A stretch of 56,079 nucleotides of DNA from Bacteriovoracaceae bacterium (GCA_040381435.1 JBEIHI010000001.1:1-56079); one strand, 5' to 3'. Positions 24,307-34,090 are shown, numbered from the stretch's first letter. Made by a program: numbers and translations. Notes: generated by a model not told the origin, from the sequence alone.

Positions 24307-25905
24307 CTAGAATTTACTGCCGATTTCAGCGGTTCGCACAAAATCAAGGTCTGGGTATCGCTCAATGGCCTTATTCAGGACGTACTCCGAAGAGCATAAA
24401 ATAGCGTACCTCTCCTCTGAATCCTTCGCCAAAATCACATCATAACTCCTGCCCAAAGCCTCAAGAGCAGCAGTCATCTGGGCCTCACGATCAGCTTTGG
24501 GACGAATCCAGCGAGCAATTTTGTAAGGACAGTTATCAAAGACAGATTCAGCACCGTACTCATTTTGAAGTCGATACTGAATCACCTCAAACTGAAGCTG
24601 CCCAACAACTCCGATGACAATATCATTTGAGTTTTGAGGAAAGAAAACCTGAGAAGCTCCCTCTTCACATAACTGCTGAAGACCTTTTCTGAGCTGTTTT
24701 GATTTGAGAGGACTCTTCAAAATCACCCGCTTAAACATCTCAGGTGCAAAGTGGGGAATTCCCAAAAACATGAACTTCTCACGAGTGGTAATCGTATCCC
24801 CAATTTTGAAATCGCCACTGTCGTAAAGACCAATAATATCCCCAGCCACAGCCTCCTCGACCTGCGATCTCTTGGCAGCCAAAAATTGAAACGTACTTCC
24901 CACGCGAAACTTTTTATCCAACCGCACATGAAAAGCTTCCATTCCTTTTTGGAACTCACCGGAGCAAACTCTCAAAAAGGCGATACGATCGCGATGCCGA
25001 GCATCCATATTGGCCTGGATCTTGAAGATGAATCCGGAGAAATCGCTCTCCTGCGGCTCAACAATACGACCGGTCGTCAACCGAGCCTGAGGAGATGGAG
25101 AAATCTCACAGAACTTTCTTAGCAACATCTCGACACCGAAATTATTGATCGCTGAACCAAAGAAAACCGGAGTTTGATTTCCGTTGAGATACTCCTGCGC
25201 TGAGAAGGGATCGTAGACCCCATCAATTAGCTCGAGGTTCTCCATCAACTCGAGATAGTGATCCTCCTCAAGCCAGGCCTTCCAGCGCGGATCATTCATG
25301 CCATCCACTACAATTTCTTGCGGACGCTCAGCCTCAGGATCAAAGGGGCTATAGATTTGATCAAGGCGGTGATAGACACCTTTAAAGCTCTTACCGCTTC
25401 GCAGTGGCCAGGTAATCGGAGCCGCTTTAATCTTCAAAACGCGCTCAATCTCATCCAGCAACTCCACGGGGCTTCGACACTCGCGATCGAGCTTGTTAAC
25501 AAACGTCACGACGGGAATCTTTCGGGAGCTGCAAATCTCCATCAGCTTCTGCGTTCGATCTTCAACACCCTTGGCCCCATCGACAACCATCAGGGCCGCA
25601 TCCACAGCAGTCAAAACACGGTATGTGTCTTCACTAAAATCCTTATGACCTGGAGTATCGAGTAGATTCAAGAATCGATTAGCATACTCAAACTGCATAA
25701 CAGATGAGGTGACTGAGATTCCTCTTTCTTTCTCAATCTCCATCCAATCGCTTGTTGCATAGCGAGCGGCTTTTCTCGCCTTCACGGTGCCCGCAATCTG
25801 AATCGCACCACCAAAGAGCAGCAGCTTCTCAGTCAAGGTGGTTTTCCCTGCATCGGGGTGAGAAATGATGCAGAAAGTTCGACGATTCAAGTACTTCTCA
25901 GTCAC
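24307..25905 (-). CDS. prfC: Peptide chain release factor 3
   Basis: GTPase motifs AHPDAGKTT-like (SHPDAGKTTLTEKLL), DTPGH and NKLD. 532 aa. The GTG start overlaps the upstream stop (GTGA). Confidence 0.95.
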   Translation of the reverse strand: MTEKYLNRRTFCIISHPDAGKTTLTEKLLLFGGAIQIAGTVKARKAARYATSDWMEIEKERGISVTSSVMQFEYANRFLNLLDTPGHKDFSEDTYRVLTAVDAALMVVDGAKGVEDRTQKLMEICSSRKIPVVTFVNKLDRECRSPVELLDEIERVLKIKAAPITWPLRSGKSFKGVYHRLDQIYSPFDPEAERPQEIVVDGMNDPRWKAWLEEDHYLELMENLELIDGVYDPFSAQEYLNGNQTPVFFGSAINNFGVEMLLRKFCEISPSPQARLTTGRIVEPQESDFSGFIFKIQANMDARHRDRIAFLRVCSGEFQKGMEAFHVRLDKKFRVGSTFQFLAAKRSQVEEAVAGDIIGLYDSGDFKIGDTITTREKFMFLGIPHFAPEMFKRVILKSPLKSKQLRKGLQQLCEEGASQVFFPQNSNDIVIGVVGQLQFEVIQYRLQNEYGAESVFDNCPYKIARWIRPKADREAQMTAALEALGRSYDVILAKDSEERYAILCSSEYVLNKAIERYPDLDFVRTAEIGSKF

Positions 25906-26669
25906 CGGAGACTTCTAACACCGCTTTGAACATCAGGAAACAGAAGTGTCACGCCAAGTTCACTCAAGGTGGCTTGGCTATCGATTTGCTTAGAGACACG
26001 AAGGCCAGGCCCTCTGGGCGCAGGCTGGGGCTTGGAAGCGCTCGCCGGAAGACTTAGCTTAAATTCTGAACACCACTGCGCGATCAATTCATCCCAGCGC
26101 CGAGGCTTTCCATCAGCGGCAAGATAGACAGAGCCAGGCCGACCACGCTCCGAAGCTGCGACCAAGATTGCGGCCAAATCCTGAACATGAATAAAATTCA
26201 CAAGCTTCGGCGAGGGAGAGACTCGGCCATCAATGACCCATCGTCTTGGATCTCGAGCAGGTCCGTAAATACCAGCCGAGCGAACGATCATGGCGCCGTG
26301 CCGAAGTGCAACAAGCTCTCCTTGAACCCTCGGCTCTTCTTGATGAATGGGAGAGGTCTCACTCACTGTCTCATCCTCGTGAGAAACCAAATAGGATGAA
26401 GTGGTCCCCACACAAACAACTCGCCCGAGCGATGAACCCTTCTCGCTGAGGAACCTATCCACCAGATCTTTGGGCTCACATGGAAACATCCAAAAGGTGG
26501 CCTCAACATCGGGCAGAGCACTCCAGGTCTCCGGTCGATTCAAATCAAATACTACGTCTGAATCTCCGGAAGATCGACGAGTGCAAATCACGTCGTACCC
26601 TAAGCTCTTCAAAAGAGCCTGAAGGACCTTGCCCGAATATCCAGAACCCAAAATAAGCGCTCGCTTCAT
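25902..26669 (-). CDS. NAD(P)-binding Rossmann-fold protein (SDR/epimerase-like)
   Basis: N-terminal MKRALILGSGYSGKVL dinucleotide-binding motif. The ORF is open to 26726 (TTG), so the start is uncertain. Confidence 0.7.
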   Translation of the reverse strand: MKRALILGSGYSGKVLQALLKSLGYDVICTRRSSGDSDVVFDLNRPETWSALPDVEATFWMFPCEPKDLVDRFLSEKGSSLGRVVCVGTTSSYLVSHEDETVSETSPIHQEEPRVQGELVALRHGAMIVRSAGIYGPARDPRRWVIDGRVSPSPKLVNFIHVQDLAAILVAASERGRPGSVYLAADGKPRRWDELIAQWCSEFKLSLPASASKPQPAPRGPGLRVSKQIDSQATLSELGVTLLFPDVQSGVRSLR

Positions 26670-26764
26670 GCCGTGATGCGTTACACCGGAGGAGAGCCTA
26701 AAAGTCAAATCCATCGCTTTTCTCAAAAGCCCTCTTGAATCATGATGTTGGCAGGGGGGACATC

Positions 26765-27298
26765 ATGAAATCCGTATACTTTGCTGTCGCGAGCCTTTTC
26801 ATTGCATCTGACGTCGGTGCTGAGGAATTTTTTGTAAAGACCTCAAAAACAGCTGCTGAAAAAATCGAAGTTAATTTTGAGAAAAACGACACTGGAGACA
26901 TCAAGTTTTCAGATCCTTCCCAACTCGAGCGATTCACCCAAACGGATAAGTCTATTCAGGACGGTTGGATTTCAAAGCGCCCGCCGTCTGAAGTTGAGCA
27001 GATCGTCGATGCTGCCTTTATTGCTCTCACGGGCTTTCTGATCCTGGGTGTTCGCGATTCTTTTGATATTAACTCCGAGCTGAGACTTTCAACTCACTCC
27101 GGCGCTGTTTTATTCTTCTTCCCGTTTCGAGATCACTATCTCTACGCCAACTGTGGGGGCGATCACCACTTGATCGCTACAAGCGTTGAGCCCAATGAGG
27201 AAATGCTCCTTCGAATGAAGAGCCTCCAAGATCTTGAGGAAATCTGCCAAAATCCTACCAAACAAGAGTCTCAACAAGACGATAAAAATCAGTCATAA
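26765..27298 (+). CDS. Secreted hypothetical protein (177 aa, two Cys)
   Basis: GGGGGGA SD lies before the ATG at 26765. Signal peptide MKSVYFAVASLFIASDVGA. Immediately followed (2 nt) by the DsbD-like gene. Confidence 0.55.
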   Translation: MKSVYFAVASLFIASDVGAEEFFVKTSKTAAEKIEVNFEKNDTGDIKFSDPSQLERFTQTDKSIQDGWISKRPPSEVEQIVDAAFIALTGFLILGVRDSFDINSELRLSTHSGAVLFFFPFRDHYLYANCGGDHHLIATSVEPNEEMLLRMKSLQDLEEICQNPTKQESQQDDKNQS

Positions 27299-27300
27299 TA

Positions 27301-29292
27301 TTGATTATTAAACTGATTTTTACAGTACTGACTTTTTTAGCTTCAACACTGTCGTTGAATGCCTCTGAGTCCCCATGGATCTGGGGAAAAACTCAGAAAT
27401 CTCAGGTGAGACTGATCGCACCTTTTACTGCTGTTTCACCCGAGACCAAGACTCTTCGTGTTGGCCTTGAGTTCAAGCTCGCTAAGGGTTGGCATGTCTA
27501 TTGGAAAAATCCCGGCATAGTGGGCTATCCTCCGAGGGCAGATTGGACTCTACCCCAAGGCTGGACTCACTCGCCTATCCACTACCCCACACCTGAGCGC
27601 TTTCAAGCCGCTAGCTTTGAGACCTACGGATACCACGACCAAGTCATCTACCTGGTTGATTTGACGGGTCGAGGGATTGAAGGAAAATTTTTCCAAGCAA
27701 GCGTGAAGCTCGACTACCTCGTTTGTGAACTTCAATGCATTCCTGAGAAAGCTGAGCTCAAGATCTCTCTTAAAAACTCCCAAGAAGAGCTATCTCCTTT
27801 TGCTCAAGCAATCGATGAGGCCTCAAGGAAGCTGCCCTCGGCAATGAGCCCAGCGCTCTTTGACGTTGTGAGTGAAGGCTCCCAGTCATTCTCGATTCGT
27901 TTCAAGGGCCCTCATACCATTGAGAACATTTTCCCATTTGCTCTGTCCGGAAAGACTCAAGTGGAGGTTTCGCGGCTGAGCAACAATCACTACTCACTCG
28001 TCACTCAACCCAATCATCCCGGGCTCGAGATACTGGCCGTTTGGAAAGATGGAAAATCCTCAGTAGGAGGCATCATTGAAATCCCGAAAGGTTCCGAGCT
28101 TGGAGGTATCAGCGAAATTTTACTCGCTCTCTTATTTGCCTTTCTAGGCGGGTTGATTCTCAACCTAATGCCCTGTGTCCTTCCGGTGATTGGTCTCAAA
28201 ACAATCTCACTCGTCAAACTGGGAATTGCCCAAACCTCGGATGTGCGAAGATCTGCCCTCCTCACTTGCCTTGGAATTCTTGCAAGCTTTTTGGCGCTTG
28301 CACTTCTTCTCTTGTCTCTGCGAGCCGCCGGCCAACAAGTGGGCTGGGGCTTCCAGTTTCAAAGCCCGGCATTCATTTCATTTCTGATCGCTGTCGTTTT
28401 TGTCTTTGCTTTGAATCTCTTTGGTCTTTTTGAATTCAGTCTTCCAGCGTCTGGCTCGACGTGGATGCAGAGAATTCAGCGAGGACCCTTCTGGGAGGGA
28501 GCTCTTGCAACACTCATGGCCACTCCGTGTAGTGCACCCTTCCTGGGCACTGCACTGACGTTTGCCCTGACTCAGCCGTCCTGGCTCCTTGTGATTTTCT
28601 TTCTCACAATGGGAGTGGGACTTTCGACCCCCTACCTCTTACTAGCCGTCCTTCCGGGCGCGCTTCGATTGTTTCCTCGACCAGGCCCTTGGATGGAAAC
28701 CCTCAAGAGAATTCTTGGATACTCTCTTTTAATAGCCGTCTTTTGGCTGCTCTATATTTTGCAGCAGCAAACCAACACTCTCTTTTTGTGTCTCGTTCTA
28801 GGCCTGCTTCTCATGATCTTTATTACTTTTAAGGAAATCAAAGGAAAACGAGCGTGGGTTTTGGTCTCGCTTATGACTCTTGCGATCATCTACGGTGCTG
28901 AGCGAAAAGCGCCCTCAACTTCTGATGAAGCCTCTAGCAAAAACTCCACACTGACTGAAGCCGCGCTTCAGGAAAAACTTATCTCGGGAAAAACATTTTA
29001 TCTCGTCGTCACAGCAGATTGGTGTCTGACTTGCAAATACAACGAAGCATTTGTCATGAAATCCGAGTGGTTCAAAAATCTCCTGAAATCTCATCAAGTG
29101 GAAGTGCTGATCTATGATTGGACCTCAAGAGACGAAGCGATTGGAAAGTTTCTGGAATCTTACAACAGATTCGCCATTCCTTTCTCCATGCTGATCTCAA
29201 AAGATAAGCACGTCGTATTCCCCGAGCTGCTCAATCGACCAAACGTCGAAGAACACTTTCAGAGATACTTCAATGAAGCTTCTGACAAATAG
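27301..29292 (+). CDS. DsbD/ScsB-family thiol:disulfide reductase (N-terminal DsbD-alpha-like domain, TM core, C-terminal thioredoxin)
   Basis: KGWHVYWKNPG N-domain signature. TM Cys motifs LMPCVLPV and ATPCSAPF. C-terminal WCLTC thioredoxin motif. TTG start. Confidence 0.85.
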   Translation: MIIKLIFTVLTFLASTLSLNASESPWIWGKTQKSQVRLIAPFTAVSPETKTLRVGLEFKLAKGWHVYWKNPGIVGYPPRADWTLPQGWTHSPIHYPTPERFQAASFETYGYHDQVIYLVDLTGRGIEGKFFQASVKLDYLVCELQCIPEKAELKISLKNSQEELSPFAQAIDEASRKLPSAMSPALFDVVSEGSQSFSIRFKGPHTIENIFPFALSGKTQVEVSRLSNNHYSLVTQPNHPGLEILAVWKDGKSSVGGIIEIPKGSELGGISEILLALLFAFLGGLILNLMPCVLPVIGLKTISLVKLGIAQTSDVRRSALLTCLGILASFLALALLLLSLRAAGQQVGWGFQFQSPAFISFLIAVVFVFALNLFGLFEFSLPASGSTWMQRIQRGPFWEGALATLMATPCSAPFLGTALTFALTQPSWLLVIFFLTMGVGLSTPYLLLAVLPGALRLFPRPGPWMETLKRILGYSLLIAVFWLLYILQQQTNTLFLCLVLGLLLMIFITFKEIKGKRAWVLVSLMTLAIIYGAERKAPSTSDEASSKNSTLTEAALQEKLISGKTFYLVVTADWCLTCKYNEAFVMKSEWFKNLLKSHQVEVLIYDWTSRDEAIGKFLESYNRFAIPFSMLISKDKHVVFPELLNRPNVEEHFQRYFNEASDK

Positions 29293-30271
29293 CCGCTGTA
29301 AACTCTTGAGTGGAAGCCTTACCCTTAAGATCTGGAGTGAGAGCTTTGCCCTCCGACAAAACATCAATCAGAGATTTCTTCACACGGGTGGCTACGTCAA
29401 ACATCTTAAGATGCTCAAGCATCATCACAGCTGACAACAAGAGTGCTGTAGGATTGGCCATTCCCTTGCCTGCAATGTCGGGCGCCGTTCCGTGGACAGC
29501 CTCAAACACGGCCGCCTTGGCACCAATGTTTGCACCCGCTGCAACGCCCAGGCCGCCAATCAGTCCAGCGCACAAATCTGAAATGATATCGCCGTAGAGA
29601 TTTTCGGTAACAAACATATCAAACTGCTGGGGCTTTTGAACCAACTGCATGCACACGTTGTCGACAATAATATCCTTCGCTTCAATCTCCGGATACTCCG
29701 TGGCGACCTTGCGGAAGATGTCGAGGAAAAGTCCGTCGGTCATTTTCATGATGTTCGCTTTGTGGATGCAGTGAATCTTCTTGCGCTTCAAATTCCGCGC
29801 TGCCTCAAAGGCGTATCGAATAATCCGCTCTGAGCCCGGGGCGGTGATGATCTTCAGACACTGAACAACTCCCGGGGCCAGCTGATGCTCAATCGCAGCA
29901 TAGACATCTTCGGTGTTCTCTCGAATCGTCAAGATATCGATACCTTTGAAATTCGCCTCAATGGCGGGAATTGTTTGCGAAGGTCGAACATTCGCGTAGA
30001 GATCGAGCGACTTTCGCAAAGTCACGTTCGCAGACTTATGCCCCTTCCCAATAGGAGTCCCTGTCGGTCCCTTCAGCGCAATCTTAAGCTCGCGCACTCG
30101 ATCAACAGAGGCCAGTGGCATTGGTGAATTGAATTTCGCAATCGCCTCTTCCCCACTAGGGATATCTTCCCACTCGATGGGCGCCTTTGCAGCTTTGAGA
30201 ATCTCAACAACTGCCTGACAAATCTCAGGTCCAATTCCATCTCCCTTAAGCAAGCCGACCTTCATACTCAT
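29270..30271 (-). CDS. NAD-dependent isocitrate dehydrogenase (isocitrate/isopropylmalate dehydrogenase family, IDH3-like)
   Basis: NLYGDIISDLCAGLIGGLGVAAGANIG motif and a 333-aa size resembling NAD-IDH rather than LeuB. Confidence 0.8.
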   Translation of the reverse strand: MSMKVGLLKGDGIGPEICQAVVEILKAAKAPIEWEDIPSGEEAIAKFNSPMPLASVDRVRELKIALKGPTGTPIGKGHKSANVTLRKSLDLYANVRPSQTIPAIEANFKGIDILTIRENTEDVYAAIEHQLAPGVVQCLKIITAPGSERIIRYAFEAARNLKRKKIHCIHKANIMKMTDGLFLDIFRKVATEYPEIEAKDIIVDNVCMQLVQKPQQFDMFVTENLYGDIISDLCAGLIGGLGVAAGANIGAKAAVFEAVHGTAPDIAGKGMANPTALLLSAVMMLEHLKMFDVATRVKKSLIDVLSEGKALTPDLKGKASTQEFTAAICQKLH

Positions 30272-30585
30272 GATTCATACGCTCCCGAAAACAAATTCTG
30301 TCCATCTTTCTGCCAAAGCTTTTGAACTTTTTCCCAATGACCGAATCGAGTCACCTCAGCCAGCAGCGCAGCAATCGACTCCTCAGTGATTCCCTCTCCC
30401 ATGAATCGACATCTAAACCAATCGACAATCACACCCTCAGGAACTGGGCCGGGCCATACTCGCATGCCCCGCTGAGAGATCATCTCCAATTTAAACTGAC
30501 CGACTCGCTCAGGAAGTTTGGGAATTCCCTGACAAATCAAAAAGACGTCTAAACCTACGCATTTGTAATCAAACATGAACACCAT
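30268..30585 (-). CDS. Hypothetical protein (105 aa) translationally coupled to the IDH gene
   Basis: The ORF ends in an ATGA overlap with the IDH start. No family recognised and no clear SD. Confidence 0.45.
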   Translation of the reverse strand: MVFMFDYKCVGLDVFLICQGIPKLPERVGQFKLEMISQRGMRVWPGPVPEGVIVDWFRCRFMGEGITEESIAALLAEVTRFGHWEKVQKLWQKDGQNLFSGAYES

Positions 30586-30634
30586 CTAACCAGAAGCCTA
30601 GTCGGGCGTCTTGCGTTTTTGCAAAGAAGAAAGC

Positions 30635-30982
30635 TCAGCGTACGCGACCGAAATCGTCTTGATAACGGATGATATCATCCTCACCAAAATAGGTGCCCGT
30701 TTGAACCTCGACAATACGAAGGGCCGAGGGGCCGGGGTTTGAAAGCCGATGCTTTGCACCGACCGGAATATCAATATGCTCTCCCACCTTCAAAGCATGG
30801 TCCGACTCGTTAAGGGTAACCAACGCAGATCCCTCAACAACGGTCCAAGACTCTCGCCGCATCTCATGCGATTGATAGGACAGGCGCTGACCCGGATCGA
30901 CCTCAATCAGCTTGATTTTACAAGACTGTGAATCGAGGAGGTTGATAAATCGGCCCCAGGGGCGCTCTTCGGACCAATTCAT
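30635..30982 (-). CDS. Cupin-domain protein (mannose-6-phosphate isomerase type II C-terminal-like)
   Basis: RPWGRF ... K-I-V-PG-RLSYQSH--R-E-W-VV-G pattern. AGGAG SD lies before the ATG at 30982. Confidence 0.75.
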   Translation of the reverse strand: MNWSEERPWGRFINLLDSQSCKIKLIEVDPGQRLSYQSHEMRRESWTVVEGSALVTLNESDHALKVGEHIDIPVGAKHRLSNPGPSALRIVEVQTGTYFGEDDIIRYQDDFGRVR

Positions 30983-31073
30983 AAGTACTCCTAAAATCGC
31001 ATGTCGCTGAGCCAAAATCGAGCGCAATTTTCTTTGACTTCACAGGAGGCTGTGGCCGATAAGAGCGCCGATT

Positions 31074-31958
31074 ATGAAAGCCGCCTGGATCCCTCTGATC
31101 ATGTGTTTGTTGAGCCTATCCCTCACCGGAGCCGTCGTTGCGACCCCCCTCCATCCATCATTGAATCGCGAGCGACTGAAGGATCAAGATGGACAAAGCT
31201 TAGCTGAGAAGATCCGGCTGGCTTCGAGGGCATACCTCAAGCTCGATGGTCTTGAGGCTGAGCGGCTCATCAAGGAATCAATCGATCTGATCCAGAAAAA
31301 TCCGCCCTACGTTGGCCTTCGAGCAGATCTCGCGCAGCTAGCCTCTTTGAATGTCGTGCTGAAAGAAGAGCAGCCCGCAACCACTATGCTCATTGACCCA
31401 TTTCCCTTCCGAATGGATGAGGCCTTTCAAAAAAATCTCTCGGACCGAATGAGAGACTATTGGATCAATCAAAGTCGAGGGCTCATTGAGGTGGCTGAAC
31501 TCAACGAGTTTTCATTGATTCGAATCTCAGGAGATGCGATTCATTTGCCCGCCAAGCTCGCGGAGGGAGATTATCTGGTGCATGTAACAAAGGATGGCAA
31601 GTACTGGGGGGGACGGATCCATGTTTCAAACAAAACAGGGATTCAGTTTGAAAAGAGTTTTGAGATTCCTCCGCAGCTGATTGCAAGAGAATCCACACCC
31701 AAGATCGCTGATCAGGAAAGTGAAAGATCGAAAGCTCAGCAACTCAATCAATGGCTTCAAGCGGAAGCGAGCCGTCAGATCCCGCTCAACCCCATGGACC
31801 CAACAGTACTTGATCTCAAAAGCAATTCGACCTGGGAATCGAATCAAGCCCTCTATCAAAAGCCATGGTTTTGGATTGCCGTAGGACTTGTCTCAGGACT
31901 TGGAGGCTTTGCAACCTACCAGGCTCTTCGCTCCCCGACAGTGGTACAGCTTCCCTAG
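31074..31958 (+). CDS. Envelope protein with signal peptide, PEGA-like beta domain and C-terminal Trp-rich membrane anchor
   Basis: Signal peptide MKAAWIPLIMCLLSLSLTGAVVA. The LAEGDYLVHVTKDGKYWGGRIHV segment is PEGA-like. The C-terminus is KPWFWIAVGLVSGLGGFATY. Confidence 0.6.
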   Translation: MKAAWIPLIMCLLSLSLTGAVVATPLHPSLNRERLKDQDGQSLAEKIRLASRAYLKLDGLEAERLIKESIDLIQKNPPYVGLRADLAQLASLNVVLKEEQPATTMLIDPFPFRMDEAFQKNLSDRMRDYWINQSRGLIEVAELNEFSLIRISGDAIHLPAKLAEGDYLVHVTKDGKYWGGRIHVSNKTGIQFEKSFEIPPQLIARESTPKIADQESERSKAQQLNQWLQAEASRQIPLNPMDPTVLDLKSNSTWESNQALYQKPWFWIAVGLVSGLGGFATYQALRSPTVVQLP

Positions 31959-31968
31959 AAAAGAAACA

Positions 31969-32553
31969 TCACTCAAGCTCGTTACACATGACCGAACGGG
32001 AGTCATCAATGGCCGAGACAATGGTTGATGCTGTCCCATCTCCATTAAGATCCCCTCGTGCCATCACGAAGAACCAATTGGTGGGAAAGACAGCTGTTGG
32101 GACAAGGCTCGTTTGGGGATTCACACAGCTATTCAGGTTGACGTCTCGAACCGTCAGCGCACCAACGGGCGCAGCGCAGGCCGAAGCGGCAGTCCAAAGA
32201 TTGGAGGCATGAACTGTGTACTGAAATCGCACCAAGCGATCGGGCCGGACCGCAAGTCCCCCGTTACCCCACTCAGCTGGGGTCGCCGTATCCCAGGCGA
32301 CAGCTTGACCCTGGGGAATGGCAGCGGGATGGGCAGTCGCTGCAATGTAGCACCCATGAAGGCTAAAATAGCTTTCCTCTGCGGTCTTGATAGAAGCAAT
32401 ACTTGAGTTTGCTTCATTCAAATAGGAGCGACGAATATAACTCATATAAATCGGAATCCCGACCGCTGCCAAAAGGCCCACGATCACAACAGCAATCATC
32501 AATTCAATCAATGTCAGAGCCGCAATACTCTTTCTTCCAAATCGATTCGACAT
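31969..32553 (-). CDS. pilA: Type IVa pilin
   Basis: Class III signal MSNRFGRKSIAA|LTLIELMIAVVIVGLLAAVGIPIY with Glu at +5. AAGGAG SD lies 5 nt before the second ATG (32553). Sits downstream of pilS-pilR. Confidence 0.85.
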   Translation of the reverse strand: MSNRFGRKSIAALTLIELMIAVVIVGLLAAVGIPIYMSYIRRSYLNEANSSIASIKTAEESYFSLHGCYIAATAHPAAIPQGQAVAWDTATPAEWGNGGLAVRPDRLVRFQYTVHASNLWTAASACAAPVGALTVRDVNLNSCVNPQTSLVPTAVFPTNWFFVMARGDLNGDGTASTIVSAIDDSRSVMCNELE

Positions 32554-32572
32554 CATCTCTCCTTCACACTGA

Positions 32573-34090
32573 TTAAGCTTTTCTTTCGCCAGAGCCGCCG
32601 TTGTCTCGGAGCTTCATTGCTTTGAGCTCAGCCAGTCGCTCCTTGGAAACTTCTTCACTGGCTTCATCCAAAGCATCCAGCAAATCATAGTCGAGATCTC
32701 CGTACCCACCAATGCCGTGTTTTTTCAAACGATAACGCATGGAGCGAGAGGAGATTCCCAGGAATCGAGCCGCTTTGGTTCGCGATCCATGGGATTTATC
32801 CAAAGCCTTCACCAGCAGATCTTTTTCAAAAGCATCGACAAGATTGTCGAGCGCCATACCACCCGCTTCAAACTGCTTCTCAGCTTCTTTCAATGAAAGC
32901 CGATCTTTATGTTGCTCCGGGTTCAGAACATTTCCCGGCAAGGAATCAACTTGAACCTCCTGAGTGGCTTCTAACGCAACCGATCTTTCAATAATATTTT
33001 CCAACTCTCGGACGTTTCCAAGAAACTCATAGTTCGACAGATATTCAAGCGCTTTCGGTGAAATGCGCCGCACATCTTTGCCCGTTTCCCGCCCGTATTT
33101 TTTGAGAAAGAAATCTGCAAGAACCGGGATATCTCCCTTTCGCTGACGAAGAGGGGGCAGACCAATTTGAATAACATTCAATCGATAAAACAAATCCTCT
33201 CGGAAATTACCCTGCTTCACTTCATCTTCAAGATTTCTGTTGGTGGCTGCGATGATTCGCACATCCACTTCCACGCTCTCTGTGCTCCCAACTCTCAAGA
33301 AGCTCTTCTCTTGAATGACTCGCAAAAGCTTCACTTGCATAACAAGCGGAAGCTCTCCGATTTCATCAAGAAAGATTGTGCCTTTGTGAGCGGCTTCAAA
33401 GAGACCTTCTTTGGAGGCCACCGCCCCCGTAAAAGCTCCTCGAACATGTCCAAACAGTTCACTTTCAATCAGGTTTTGAGGAATCGCCCCGCAATTGACG
33501 GTGACAAAGGGCTTGTCCTTTCGTGTCGAATTGAAATGAATTGCACGTGCAACGAGCTCTTTACCAGTACCCGACTCCCCATAAATCAGGACATTCGTTT
33601 TGGTGGGAGCAGTCTTTTTAATCAGATCATAGACACGTCGCATGGGCTCTGACTCACCGATGAAATTGGTGAAGTCATATCTTTGCACAAGCTGTGTCTT
33701 TAACTGCTGATTTTCAGTCGCTAGATTTCTCGTATCTAGAGCCTTCTGAATGACCACTTTAATCTCTTCGATCTTAAAAGGCTTACTCAGATAATCAAAG
33801 GCTCCTGCTTTCATAGCCTCAACCGCTGAGTCCGTTGTTGCATAAGCTGTAATCATAATCACAGGAACATCAGGGCAATGAACTCTCGCCTCTTTCAATA
33901 AGCCCATGCCATCTCCAACCTTCAACTGCAGATCAGTGACAATGAGATCTAGTGCCTGCTCTTTCATCACTTTCACAGCATCGGGGAAGTCGAGCGCTGT
34001 CACGACATCGTAGCCTTCCTTCTTGAGCAAAATTTCAAAAAACTCTCTGACACTTAACTCATCATCCACGACTAGTATTCTTCTTTTCAT
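32573..34090 (-). CDS. pilR: Sigma-54-dependent response regulator PilR (REC-AAA+-HTH)
   Basis: REC domain with DLIVTDLQL. AAA+ Walker A GESGTGKE, the GAFTGA loop, a C-terminal Fis-type HTH, and pil-cluster context. Confidence 0.9.
   Translation of the reverse strand: MKRRILVVDDELSVREFFEILLKKEGYDVVTALDFPDAVKVMKEQALDLIVTDLQLKVGDGMGLLKEARVHCPDVPVIMITAYATTDSAVEAMKAGAFDYLSKPFKIEEIKVVIQKALDTRNLATENQQLKTQLVQRYDFTNFIGESEPMRRVYDLIKKTAPTKTNVLIYGESGTGKELVARAIHFNSTRKDKPFVTVNCGAIPQNLIESELFGHVRGAFTGAVASKEGLFEAAHKGTIFLDEIGELPLVMQVKLLRVIQEKSFLRVGSTESVEVDVRIIAATNRNLEDEVKQGNFREDLFYRLNVIQIGLPPLRQRKGDIPVLADFFLKKYGRETGKDVRRISPKALEYLSNYEFLGNVRELENIIERSVALEATQEVQVDSLPGNVLNPEQHKDRLSLKEAEKQFEAGGMALDNLVDAFEKDLLVKALDKSHGSRTKAARFLGISSRSMRYRLKKHGIGGYGDLDYDLLDALDEASEEVSKERLAELKAMKLRDNGGSGERKA
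32575..32591 (-). promoter_or_regulatory. Weak sigma-54 promoter candidate for pilA inside the last codons of pilR
   Basis: Minus strand reads TGGCGA-AAGAA-AAGCTT (GG/GC spacing 12 nt). It lies about 25 nt upstream of the pilA ATG. The pilR-pilA gap is only about 16-19 nt. Confidence 0.25.
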
